Shown: one piece after another, positions 7,929 to 15,849 of the stretch
Position numbering within the stretch: position 1 is the first letter of the stretch
Layout of the letters: each line of letters begins with the position of its first letter
Source of the DNA: a virus
DNA length: 60,555 nucleotides
IMG/VR virus record: IMGVR_UViG_3300010400_000007
Reading direction: 5' to 3' (one strand)
The notes under the pieces: generated by a model
Seen by the model: only the letters and a program-made list of their open reading frames with translations
Told to the model about the DNA's origin: nothing
Database searches by the model: none
Translations under genes and position numbers: made by a program

Positions 7929-8911
7929 TTGGCACCTCCGTTGGCAGGCCCGAAAAGATCTTCAGGGTTCGTCGCTTTGAACGCGCTCGCGGGCGCGGCG
8001 CGCAGCACGCCACGGCGCGGATCGCGCGCGACTGGCTTCAGCTCGCCGCGCACGATGCCGAGCAGGTACCGCTCGTCCTTCTGCCCGTCCGCGTGGCGCT
8101 CGGCGAAGATCCGAAACCCGCGCTCAACGGCTTCGATCGGCGCCTTCGCGAGCTTCTCGAGCGTCGTCAGCCAGACCGTGTCGGCCATCGTCCCGTTGCG
8201 CCGGCTCAGCGCGCAGGCCGCGCGCGCCTCGACCACCAGGTGGGGCGCGTAGCGCTGCTCGAGCTCGGCGACCCGCACACGCACGCCGGTGCCGGGGGCC
8301 TCTTCCTGACGCGAGTTGCCATTCGCCGGGCCCCCACCACTGAGAGCAGCCGCGCCAGCGGCGGGACCGCCCGCCGGGCGGGGCCTCTCTTGTCCCTTCT
8401 CTTCTAGTTCCTTTCCCTTCTGTTCTTCCGATGCGGTCGACTCCCCCTTGGAAGGGGGTCTAGAAGGGGCTCCGGAGGGGCTTCGAGGAGGCGGCAATTC
8501 GAGCGCGGAGGCGTACCGGGCATGGAAATCTGGGTACAACACGCTGCGGCGAACCGCCTCCGCAGCCCGGCGAACCGCCTTCCCCCGGTTGTCCTTTTCG
8601 GACAGGCTCTCGCCCTCCTTCAGGTTCAGCTGCTCGCGCGCCATGTTGACGACCCACACCAGCTCGAGCTGCTGGTCGTAGTGGGCGAAGTCGAGCTCCT
8701 GCAACTTCGCGAGCGCCGGCGTCGCGTCGGCGGGCGTGAGGCCGACCTCGCGCGCGGCGTAGTCCAAGGGCAGCCAGTAGAAGCCGATGATGTTGTGGTG
8801 CGGCGACGTGAAGAGGTATGCGGCAAGACGCTGGGCATCGCCGTGCTTGCGGAGCTCTTGCCCCGTCTCGCCCGTCCAGAAGGACGATCGGAACTGCGAG
8901 TAGTCCCTCAC
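7925..8911 (-). CDS. Replication initiator-like protein (N-terminal wHTH, low-complexity linker, C-terminal domain)
   Basis: Lies upstream of the DnaC-like loader. N-terminus FWTGETGQELRKHGDAQRLAAYLFTSPHHNIIGFYWLPLDY is typical of phage replication proteins. Contains an iteron-like DNA tract. Confidence 0.55.
   Translation of the reverse strand: MRDYSQFRSSFWTGETGQELRKHGDAQRLAAYLFTSPHHNIIGFYWLPLDYAAREVGLTPADATPALAKLQELDFAHYDQQLELVWVVNMAREQLNLKEGESLSEKDNRGKAVRRAAEAVRRSVLYPDFHARYASALELPPPRSPSGAPSRPPSKGESTASEEQKGKELEEKGQERPRPAGGPAAGAAALSGGGPANGNSRQEEAPGTGVRVRVAELEQRYAPHLVVEARAACALSRRNGTMADTVWLTTLEKLAKAPIEAVERGFRIFAERHADGQKDERYLLGIVRGELKPVARDPRRGVLRAAPASAFKATNPEDLFGPANGGAK
8385..8495. repeat. Strand-asymmetric pyrimidine tract plus four tandem 11-12-bp GGARGGGGCTYC-like repeats (candidate ori iterons) inside the initiator gene
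   Basis: 8450..8495: ggaagggggtct agaaggggctcc ggaggggcttc gaggaggcggc. 8385..8430: ctctcttgtcccttctcttctagttcctttcccttctgttcttcc, visibly lower GC. Confidence 0.4.
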
Positions 8912-9603
8912 GGCGCCGCGCCCTCCTGGGCCGCCACCGCGTCTGCGCTGCCGGGGAAGAGCTCGCGCTGGGCGAGGTTCTGGCGCGCGAGCTCGCAGTA
9001 CGCCGGGTCGATATCCCAGCCGATCGCGTTGCGCCCGTGTTCCTTGGCGGCGACAAGCGTCGTGCCCGAGCCGCAGAACGGATCAAGGATCGTCTCGCCC
9101 GGCAACGTGCACCAGCGCACCAGCCAGCGGACGTGGTCGATGTCGCGAGGGCACGGGTGCGTGCCGGCCCCCCGCCCGCGGTGCCGACTGCCGTAGCCGC
9201 GAGGCGCTTCGCCCGGCATGACGCGCGTGCCTTCCGGATACCGGGGGCGCCCGTAGATGTACGCCACGTCAGAGCCGATCACGGACTGCCCGCGCGAGAC
9301 GCCGCAGTCGTAGCGAAGCCAGCATGTGCGCCAGAAGGGCCAGTCGGGGTAGTAGGGAATCGCGTTGAGGAAGCGCGGATCTGTCGTGCAGCCAACGTGG
9401 AGCACCAAGTGCGTGATCATGTGCCGGTGCCGGGACAGCAGCATGAGCGTGTGCCCGAGAAGCCGGAACGCATCGACCCCCGCGAACAGGTGCTCGGCGC
9501 GGTTCGGCCACACCGGATCGGTGATCAGCACCGTCGGGCCCGTGGGCACGAATGTCTTCGCGAGCTCGATCGCGTCGCCGCAGATGACCTCCTGCGTGCT
9601 CAT
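8908..9603 (-). CDS. DNA N6-adenine/N4-cytosine methyltransferase (N6_N4_Mtase family, beta-type order)
   Basis: Catalytic-type motif ITDPVWPN near the N-terminus. AdoMet motif ILDPFCGSGTTLVAAKEHGRNAIGWDIDPAY near the C-terminus. Confidence 0.75.
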   Translation of the reverse strand: MSTQEVICGDAIELAKTFVPTGPTVLITDPVWPNRAEHLFAGVDAFRLLGHTLMLLSRHRHMITHLVLHVGCTTDPRFLNAIPYYPDWPFWRTCWLRYDCGVSRGQSVIGSDVAYIYGRPRYPEGTRVMPGEAPRGYGSRHRGRGAGTHPCPRDIDHVRWLVRWCTLPGETILDPFCGSGTTLVAAKEHGRNAIGWDIDPAYCELARQNLAQRELFPGSADAVAAQEGAAP

Positions 9604-9872
9604 GACGACCTCGGCGCGAGCCAGTAGTAGCGACGGACCCAGCTGGTGCCGGTGCGCAGCTCGCTCACCAGCGTCCCGTCGCCCTCCATGTCCACCAGCA
9701 CACGGCGCACGTGGTGGAACGCGATCTCCTCGAGCCCTGGCAGCGCGCGCAACCCGTCGCGCAGCTCAACGATGTAGACCTCAGAGACAGCGGCCAGGCG
9801 CTCGAGCACATACGCGCGCACGCGCGCCGCGCGCTGCTGATACTGCTGGCGCATCGCCTCGACGTTGGTCAT
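9600..9872 (-). CDS. Hypothetical protein (90 aa)
   Basis: ATG at 9872 (MTNVEAMRQQYQQ...). ATGA coupling to the methyltransferase gene. Confidence 0.5.
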   Translation of the reverse strand: MTNVEAMRQQYQQRAARVRAYVLERLAAVSEVYIVELRDGLRALPGLEEIAFHHVRRVLVDMEGDGTLVSELRTGTSWVRRYYWLAPRSS

Positions 9873-10000
9873 TCGCGGCTCCAGTCCACAGCCGCGGCCG
9901 CGCGCGCGAGAGCCCAGTAGTAAGGCCTCGATCCGAACAGGCCGCACGAGGTGAGCGCGTCCATGACCCAGCACCACCACGCGACGCGCGCGCGGCGCAT
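9869..10000 (-). CDS. Possible small Trp-rich protein (43 aa)
   Basis: Hand translation MRRARVAWWCWVMDALTSCGLFGSRPYYWALARAAAAVDWSRE. High GC3. Stop overlaps the next ATG (ATGA). Below the ORF-track size cutoff. Confidence 0.3.
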   Translation of the reverse strand: MRRARVAWWCWVMDALTSCGLFGSRPYYWALARAAAAVDWSRE

Positions 10001-10026
10001 TGAGATCCGTCTATGCGTCCGGCGGA

Positions 10027-10227
10027 TCAAGGTCCCTCCTTCGTGTCGTCTGCGCGCGGGGGCTCGATGGCCTCGCCGCAGGCGGAGCGCGTCGCGACGT
10101 TCGCGATCGCGTCAAGCTCGTGAAGACGCAGCAAGGTCGGCGGGTACTTGTCGGGCTCGCCCATCGTGACCGAGGCGCAGGCGCGGCCATCGCTATCCCA
10201 GAAGATGTGCAGGTCGTACGACTTCAT
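10027..10227 (-). CDS. Hypothetical protein (66 aa)
   Basis: Balanced composition (MKSYDLHIFWDSDGRACASV...). ATGA coupling to the upstream gene. Confidence 0.5.
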   Translation of the reverse strand: MKSYDLHIFWDSDGRACASVTMGEPDKYPPTLLRLHELDAIANVATRSACGEAIEPPRADDTKEGP

Positions 10228-10478
10228 GGGAGCGCCTCGCCGTACAGCATCGCGCGCCGCGCTGAGGTGTCCCGATCACCCAGCGCCCGCTCGAGGCGAT
10301 CGACCAGAGCGTCGAAGCCTTCCTCGTGCCCGGGCGCGCCGTCACGGCCAGCGCGCAAGCAAGCGATGACCGCGCGCGTCGTGTCGTCGGGCAGGAGCGC
10401 GCCCCCCTCGGGGGCGAGGCACGGCACCGCCACGACGGCATTCGACGTAACAGCGCTGACCAGCACGAAGCCCCCCAT
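10224..10478 (-). CDS. Hypothetical protein (84 aa)
   Basis: ATG preceded by GGGGAG. Translationally coupled operon context. Confidence 0.5.
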   Translation of the reverse strand: MGGFVLVSAVTSNAVVAVPCLAPEGGALLPDDTTRAVIACLRAGRDGAPGHEEGFDALVDRLERALGDRDTSARRAMLYGEALP

Positions 10479-10490
10479 GCGTCACTCCCC

Positions 10491-11345
10491 TCACGTCTCG
10501 TAGTTGCGCACTACCAGTTCGCGAACCGGACCACGGCCCTTGGCGTCACAGTTGATGGCACGCGCAGCGCGCACGACCTGGATGGCGTAGCCGCGGTACA
10601 GCCGGCGGATCAGCGGCACATCGCTGTTGGAGAGCATGACCTTGACACCGCGTCGGTCGAGTTCGCGGAACTCGTCACGCAGGCGCGTCTGCTCGACCTG
10701 CGAGAAGCCGTCCTTGGTATATCCGGTGAAGTTTGCGGTCGACGAGCGCGGCGCGTACGGCGGATCCAGGTACACGAAGTCACCAGCGCGCGCCTCGCCC
10801 AGCACGCACTCGAACGAGCCTCTGCGCAGTTCCGCGTGACGCAACCGCGCGCTGGCCGCCAGCAGAGCCGCCGCATCGGCGATGGTGGGGCCCGCCTTGG
10901 CGTATCGGCCCATCGGCACGTTGAACTCGCCTTTGCGGTTGACGCGGAAGAGCCCGTTGAAGCAAGTCTTGTTGAGGTAGATGAACTGCGCGGCACGCTC
11001 AGCGCGGCTCTTTGCGCGGTGCTTGTTGTAGCGCTCCCGCACCGCGTAATAGCGCTGCGCGCAGTGGCCTCGCGCGATGCGCGCGAGCTGTGCCAGCAGA
11101 TCCGCCAACTCATCACGCACCACCTCGTAGGTGGCGATGAGGTCCTCATTGAGGTCGCCGAGCAGCGCGCGCTCCGGGCCGCGGGCGAAAAATACCGCGC
11201 CTCCGCCCACGAAGGGCTCGACGTGCCGCATGGACTCCACGCCATCAGGCATGAGTCCTGTCAGCGCGCCACAGAGCTTGCTCTTACCACCCGCACACTT
11301 GATGAATGGACGCGCCTCGACGCGGGCGGCAGCGTGCGCGCTCAT
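10491..11345 (-). CDS. dam: Dam-family DNA adenine methyltransferase (GATC-type, MethyltransfD12)
   Basis: Motifs FIKCAGGKSKL, VEPFVGGGAVFF, DLNEDLIATYEVV and catalytic YLDPPYAP. ATG at 11345 overlaps the upstream stop. Confidence 0.85.
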   Translation of the reverse strand: MSAHAAARVEARPFIKCAGGKSKLCGALTGLMPDGVESMRHVEPFVGGGAVFFARGPERALLGDLNEDLIATYEVVRDELADLLAQLARIARGHCAQRYYAVRERYNKHRAKSRAERAAQFIYLNKTCFNGLFRVNRKGEFNVPMGRYAKAGPTIADAAALLAASARLRHAELRRGSFECVLGEARAGDFVYLDPPYAPRSSTANFTGYTKDGFSQVEQTRLRDEFRELDRRGVKVMLSNSDVPLIRRLYRGYAIQVVRAARAINCDAKGRGPVRELVVRNYET

Positions 11346-11611
11346 GACGCGACTCCGCGCCGCAGCCAAGCCTGGGCATCCGCGAGGCTGAACGAGTAGC
11401 CCCCGCGCTCGAGCGACCGGAGCTCTTCGAGCGTGAGGCCCAGACGTTCAGCGCCATCCTCGGGCGTCAGCTCGCGGTCCTCGCGGAACACCTTCAACAG
11501 GTCGCCCTGCTTGCGCCAGAACGACGCGTACACGGGTCGCTCTGGGCCGAAGACGCTCGGCTCGAGGCGCAGCGGTTCGTTCGGCGTGATGTGCAGCTTG
11601 AAGAGGTTCAT
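11342..11611 (-). CDS. Small HTH-like protein
   Basis: MNLFKLHITPNEP...LTPEDGAERLGLTLEELRSLERGGYSFSL looks like an XRE-type HTH. ATGA coupling on both sides. Confidence 0.5.
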   Translation of the reverse strand: MNLFKLHITPNEPLRLEPSVFGPERPVYASFWRKQGDLLKVFREDRELTPEDGAERLGLTLEELRSLERGGYSFSLADAQAWLRRGVAS

Positions 11612-11808
11612 GGCTCCGGTTCCGCGATCGCGATGGGTCGGACGCACTTGCCGAGGAGCCACTTGCTCACGTGCACGCGCCCGCCGCGGTATTCGATCCA
11701 GACGTCTCCTTCGAACGGGGCGCGGACCACCTTGCCGGCGCGCCAGTCGTCTCCGATTCGCACGGAGACGCGCTGGCCCTCGGCAAAGAGGTTCGCGCCG
11801 CTGCCCAT
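11608..11808 (-). CDS. Hypothetical protein (66 aa, SH3/Tudor-like beta pattern)
   Basis: EGQRVSVRIGDDWRAGKVVRAPFEGDVWIEYRGGRVHV. Operon context. Confidence 0.45.
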   Translation of the reverse strand: MGSGANLFAEGQRVSVRIGDDWRAGKVVRAPFEGDVWIEYRGGRVHVSKWLLGKCVRPIAIAEPEP

Positions 11809-11812
11809 GGGC

Positions 11813-12724
11813 CTAGGGGGCGCCGCGGAACACCGGCAGGCCGGTGCGCGTGATGGTGATCTGCTGCGCCTCGGCGATGGCGGCCTCGAACACCTGATCG
11901 AGCTTCTGCGGGGTGAGGAACCACCGCACGCGCCCGGAATTCATGCGGTACCGAAGCCGCACGGGGATCTGGAACGGCTGGCCGCTGCGGAACACGGGGA
12001 TGTCGATGGCGAAGGCGCCGGGCACGCGCAACGGCGCCCCCGCTGAGTCTTTGTGCTCCTCGATGAAGGAGAGCGACGCCTCGCCGCTGCCGAGGTTCAC
12101 CTGCTGCGAGGCCTTCGCGTCGACCGTGATCGCAAGGCCCTTCGACAGTGTTAGCAGCTGCGCCGGCGTGGCGAGCTTGAGCTGGAGCTCCTCGGCGAAC
12201 CGCGCGACGGCCCCGCCCTCCTTCGCCAGGCCCACATCGGCGATGCGGTCCTCGAGGAAGATCGCGAAGTCGACCTGCGAGAAGCCATCGGCCGGCATCG
12301 CCTTCCAGGCGACCCACTCGTCCGACAGGGGGAAGTTGTATACGGCGCGGTGGTCTTGCCAGTCTGGCCCGACGTCCTTGTCTTCGTCCGTCCGCGCCTG
12401 CGCCTTGTGCGGGTTGAAGATGGCGACCATCTGCGGCTTGGCCTGATTCGCGTCGTTGACGAAGACGATGCTGTCCTGCGTCTTGTGCCGGTTCACGAAC
12501 TCGCCGAAGTCCGCGAGGGTCGTGAGCATCGTCGTGCCCGTCTTGCGCTCGGGCACGGCAAGGTACTCGTCGAGGAATGGTTTGAGGCTCTTCACCTCCT
12601 TGCCCTTCGGCACGACGAGCACACTCGCGCTCGCATCGTCTCCCCACTCGATGGTCTTCAGATCGACGCCGCCCAGGCGCTCCATCGCTTCGATCACTGC
12701 CGCCGCGTTCCCCGCTTGATCCAT
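11813..12724 (-). CDS. DUF2303 (YfdQ-like) prophage protein
   Basis: 303 aa. Length, composition and segments such as VFVNDANQAKPQMVAIFNPH..WQDHRAVYNFPLSDEW resemble YfdQ-family proteins of lambdoid early regions. Confidence 0.5.
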   Translation of the reverse strand: MDQAGNAAAVIEAMERLGGVDLKTIEWGDDASASVLVVPKGKEVKSLKPFLDEYLAVPERKTGTTMLTTLADFGEFVNRHKTQDSIVFVNDANQAKPQMVAIFNPHKAQARTDEDKDVGPDWQDHRAVYNFPLSDEWVAWKAMPADGFSQVDFAIFLEDRIADVGLAKEGGAVARFAEELQLKLATPAQLLTLSKGLAITVDAKASQQVNLGSGEASLSFIEEHKDSAGAPLRVPGAFAIDIPVFRSGQPFQIPVRLRYRMNSGRVRWFLTPQKLDQVFEAAIAEAQQITITRTGLPVFRGAP

Positions 12725-12771
12725 GTGCCGCCCCTTTCTGCTGTTCTGCTCGCTGCCCTCGTGCCCACTGC

Positions 12772-13164
12772 TCAGACGTCGCGCGCCTCCTGACGCTCGC
12801 CCACGTCGGCCGCCTCACCGCGCCCGCTCACCTCGCGCAGCGGTAGCGACGTCTGTCGCGGCGACTCGAAGATCACGTTGCCGCCCTTGGTGACCCACGC
12901 CTGCGCCGTGGCGCGCTTCTTGGTGGGCTTGTTGACCTTGACGTTGAAGTCGATGCCCATGACGCCGCGTGGATCGCAGGTCATCGGGATCTCGATGATG
13001 AGCTTGCCCTTCACCTTCGCGTTGAGGCGCAAGCTCTCGTCCTGCAGCGCGTTGCTGAGCTCGTAGAGCCCCGACGACGCGTCGGCGAGCAGGTCGCCGT
13101 CGCCCACCTGTTCGATGAAACGCGCGAACGAGCGCGGGCCCTCCTTCTTGTCCACCTGTGCCAT
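12772..13164 (-). CDS. Hypothetical early protein (130 aa)
   Basis: Well-balanced composition (MAQVDKKEGPRSFARFIEQVGDGD...). Upstream of the DUF2303 gene. Confidence 0.55.
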   Translation of the reverse strand: MAQVDKKEGPRSFARFIEQVGDGDLLADASSGLYELSNALQDESLRLNAKVKGKLIIEIPMTCDPRGVMGIDFNVKVNKPTKKRATAQAWVTKGGNVIFESPRQTSLPLREVSGRGEAADVGERQEARDV

Positions 13165-13197
13165 CCGACCTCCCCACGCGCCGAGCTGGCGCAGTCA

Positions 13198-13671
13198 TCA
13201 CGGAACGAGCGCGGAGCTGGCGAGCACGCTTCGCCGCGCGCGCGCCGCCACCCGAGGTGCGCGCCGCGCGCGGTCACCGGGCTCTCGACGGGTCCAGCGC
13301 GGCTCGGGCTCGATCAGAGCGTCGATGTCGATCGGTGCGAGCACCGTGAGCAGATCGAGACCAAGGGCGCGCGCGTAGCGCTGGATCTCGTGGAGCTGGT
13401 GCGTGTGCCGGCCGGCTTCCATGCGGGCCACAATCGGACGGTGCATGCGGCTCCGGCGCGCCACCTGGCCCTGCGACAGCTCGGCGTCGAGCCGCAGCTC
13501 GCGCAGGCGCGCGCCGATGGCGGTCGCGAGCGCGCGCGCGCCTGAACAAGGCGCATCGCCCTGGTCGCCTGGTCGTTCACGCCCCCCGGCGCAATCGTCG
13601 GCGACCAGGACGAGCGGGCGCGCGCTGCGATTTGGGGCTACGGGGCGCGCCTGAGAAGCTTGCTGGCTCAT
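13198..13671 (-). CDS. XRE-family HTH transcriptional regulator
   Basis: IGARLRELRLDAELSQGQVARRSRMHRPIVARMEAGRHTHQLHEIQRYARALGLDL is a canonical XRE HTH. ATGA coupling to the cro-like gene. Confidence 0.7.
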   Translation of the reverse strand: MSQQASQARPVAPNRSARPLVLVADDCAGGRERPGDQGDAPCSGARALATAIGARLRELRLDAELSQGQVARRSRMHRPIVARMEAGRHTHQLHEIQRYARALGLDLLTVLAPIDIDALIEPEPRWTRREPGDRARRAPRVAARARRSVLASSALVP

Positions 13672-13949
13672 GCGGCCGCCTTACGGCGCTGCTGCCTCGC
13701 GGTGGTGCGCGCCCTGGCCATCGCGCGCGCCTTGCGGACCGCGCGGCTGCCGCGGCGCAGCGAATCGTAGGAAACCGCGCCTTGCGTGTAGGCGCGGATG
13801 ATCTCAGCCGACTTGCGCGAGACCGGCTCGCCGCGCTTTGCCCTGCAAATGGTCGCCCAGGAGACCGGCGTTCCGGACTCCTTGGTTTTCCACAGCATTT
13901 CGGTCATCGCCCCCTCGGGCTGAGAGCGGAACCACTCCTTCAGACCCAT
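13668..13949 (-). CDS. Cro/YdaS-like small DNA-binding protein (first gene of the leftward operon)
   Basis: 93 aa and basic. Diverges from the repressor gene across the operator region. Confidence 0.55.
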   Translation of the reverse strand: MGLKEWFRSQPEGAMTEMLWKTKESGTPVSWATICRAKRGEPVSRKSAEIIRAYTQGAVSYDSLRRGSRAVRKARAMARARTTARQQRRKAAA

Positions 13950-13969
13950 GGCGCTTTTGATAGACCAAA

Positions 13970-14041
13970 TGACATATCACTGCAACATCGATCGCGTTGC
14001 GCGCTCACAAACTGGTATGTCAGTAAGTCATCTTGCGATGA
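13970..14041. promoter_or_regulatory. Operator cluster 1: TGACATATCA (13970-13979), TGGTATGTCA (14013-14022) and palindrome TCATC-ttgc-GATGA (14028-14041)
   Basis: AT-rich 10-bp palindromic motif in the divergent intergenic region between the cro-like and CI-like genes. The same motif recurs at 15046-15108. Confidence 0.55.
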
Positions 14042-14070
14042 TAGAAGGCCGGGCTCTAACTTCGTTCGCG

Positions 14071-14574
14071 ATGACAGCAGGGGAGCTGCTCGCCGACGTG
14101 CTCGATGCACGGACGATCGAGAAAACCGAGTTCGCGCGCAGGCTTGGCAAGAGCTACCTGACCGTCAACCGTTGGACCAAGGACCAGGGCTTCAACAAGC
14201 GTAACCAGCGGCTCGCCGCGGAGGAACTGAAGCTCGACCCCGACTTTTTCAGCCGCCCCTCGGGCGACGAGGTCGGGCGCGCGCGTGAAGCATATCGACG
14301 GAAAGTATTCGCAGAATTCCTCGACACTGATGTAGGGAAACGCCTCACGTCTATGAATCCAGACGTCATAAGTGCCTTGAACTCCACGCCAATCCCGCCC
14401 GGCAAACGCCCTACGATCGACTTCTACAATGGTATGTCACTTCTGTTCACGAGGAGCCTCGACCCCGAGCTCGCCGCCGAGGCCATTGAGCTGAACGAGC
14501 AGGTGAGCGCGAGCCTGGCGAGCAAGGGCGCCCCCAGGAAACGCAAAAATCCCGCGAAAAGGCCCAAGTCGTAG
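14071..14574 (+). CDS. CI-like repressor (XRE HTH); start uncertain (alternatives 14017 or 13948)
   Basis: MTAGELLADVLDARTIEKTEFARRLGKSYLTVNRWTKD is an HTH. An ATG at 13948 would overlap the divergent cro-like start codon, so a downstream start is preferred. Confidence 0.6.
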   Translation: MTAGELLADVLDARTIEKTEFARRLGKSYLTVNRWTKDQGFNKRNQRLAAEELKLDPDFFSRPSGDEVGRAREAYRRKVFAEFLDTDVGKRLTSMNPDVISALNSTPIPPGKRPTIDFYNGMSLLFTRSLDPELAAEAIELNEQVSASLASKGAPRKRKNPAKRPKS

Positions 14575-14687
14575 GGCAAAGCCGGCCTGCTACATCACCC
14601 CACCGACGTGCGGCGCATGGACACATTTGGATTGCTCGCCGATATGTCGGACGCGTAACTTTCCTACCCTCACTGTGGGGGGCCAAG

Positions 14688-15035
14688 GTGGGGCGTCGAT
14701 ACACCGCATTGGAAATCGCCAAGAGTTCCGGATACTTCCTCGTGCCAAGCCGAGTTGCGGGCCGAGTCCGCGCCGCAAAAGCGATCGGCGATAGCCTAGA
14801 AGTGTTGGAGGTCGGCCCCGGCGCTGACGAAAACGCAATAGCCACGGCAGGCTGTAGGCACGCTCTCGCGCAGCGCGGTTCCCGCGATGAGACTGCAGTG
14901 CGCAACGCTGTGGAGCGCCACGGTTTTCGCTACGTGGCACCCGGGCCGGCGATCCGGGCGGCGGCGCTGAGTGCCACCAGCGATCGCCGTCGGCTCGGGC
15001 ATTCTCGGAAAAAAGCACACGCAGCGTTCCGCTAA
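14688..15035 (+). CDS. Possible immunity-region ORF of atypical composition (115 aa, GTG start)
   Basis: Only sizeable non-Arg-rich ORF between the repressor gene and the second operator cluster. Mixed GC3 and a weak RBS, so coding status is uncertain. Confidence 0.3.
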   Translation: MGRRYTALEIAKSSGYFLVPSRVAGRVRAAKAIGDSLEVLEVGPGADENAIATAGCRHALAQRGSRDETAVRNAVERHGFRYVAPGPAIRAAALSATSDRRRLGHSRKKAHAAFR

Positions 15036-15045
15036 CGCTTGCGTC

Positions 15046-15108
15046 TGATATATCAACTGTATATCGTTTTGGGTGTGGGAGCACTCGACGAGCAGGCGCG
15101 ATATATCA
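15046..15108. promoter_or_regulatory. Operator cluster 2: TGATATATCA (15046-15055, perfect palindrome), CTGTATATCG (15057-15066), CGATATATCA (15099-15108)
   Basis: Same TGAYATRTCA-type palindrome as at 13970-14022. Sits at the head of the rightward early operon. Confidence 0.55.
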
Positions 15109-15407
15109 GCACGGAGTATGCTGACGATCCGCGCGCATTTCGCGAGGAGAGCCGCGCCGCTGAGGCGCGAGCGAACTACGCGGCGCGCCTCGTCCGGCTG
15201 CTCATCGCTGCGGTGGGCGGACCGTTCGAGCAGCGTCGCCCGACGCGCGACGAATACGAGCGCCTGCGCGTGCCCCTTCTCTACTTCGCGCAGCGCACCC
15301 GTGAGGGGTGGGGCGGGCTGCGTTCACGGATGGTGCAGAACCGGCTCGCAAGCCTGGGTCTGACACTCGAACAGGTGCAGGTGGCTGCGGGGGAGCTGGG
15401 GCAATGA
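15075..15407 (+). CDS. Hypothetical early protein; start uncertain (GTG 15075)
   Basis: Frame shows realistic composition (YADDPRAFREESRAAEARANYAARL...). No in-frame ATG near the 5' end. Confidence 0.45.
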   Translation: MGALDEQARYISTEYADDPRAFREESRAAEARANYAARLVRLLIAAVGGPFEQRRPTRDEYERLRVPLLYFAQRTREGWGGLRSRMVQNRLASLGLTLEQVQVAAGELGQ

Positions 15408-15637
15408 GCAGGGAGAGCAAAGGAGCTTTGATGAAGCGGAACGCGGAAGAGGCGACGGCGGCGATCCAGAAGCTGACCACGAGCCCCGTGCAGGCGTCCT
15501 GCCTGACGTCGTTGACCGACGCGCAGCTGACTGCCGCGCGCTCGATCGAGCGGTCCAAGTTCGATCGGCGCGCGATGCGCAGGGCGCGCAACTCGTTCGC
15601 CGATGCGATTGCAATCCTCAAGGGCTCGAGCCGGTGA
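15404..15637 (+). CDS. Hypothetical protein (77 aa)
   Basis: ATG at 15404 overlaps the upstream stop (ATGA). MSRESKGALMKRNAEEATAAIQKL... Confidence 0.5.
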   Translation: MSRESKGALMKRNAEEATAAIQKLTTSPVQASCLTSLTDAQLTAARSIERSKFDRRAMRRARNSFADAIAILKGSSR

Positions 15638-15849
15638 GCGAGCCGCGCACGTACCTCCACGCTGGCCGGAGCGCGACCGTGCGCGCCAACGCCGGCTCGT
15701 TCCTCATCGAGTGGGACGACGGCGCCAGCAGCGGCGAGCTCGACATCACGGACGAGTCACGTGCGCACATTCTCGCGCGACTTTTCGTGTTCGAAGGGCG
15801 CTCGCCGATCTCGGCCGAGACCCTCACCGACACAGGGAGAACGTCATGA
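15634..15849 (+). CDS. Hypothetical protein (71 aa)
   Basis: GTG start coupled to the upstream stop. Balanced composition. Confidence 0.5.
   Translation: MSEPRTYLHAGRSATVRANAGSFLIEWDDGASSGELDITDESRAHILARLFVFEGRSPISAETLTDTGRTS

Noticed and set aside
11667-12818. 383-aa minus-strand ORF
   Set aside because: It is an Arg/Gly-rich alternative frame of the DUF2303 gene 11813..12724, which has realistic composition.
13948-14070. ATG at 13948 as the CI-like repressor start
   Set aside because: It would overlap the divergent cro-like start codon (13949) and place both operator half-sites inside the coding sequence. The HTH begins just after the Met at 14071.
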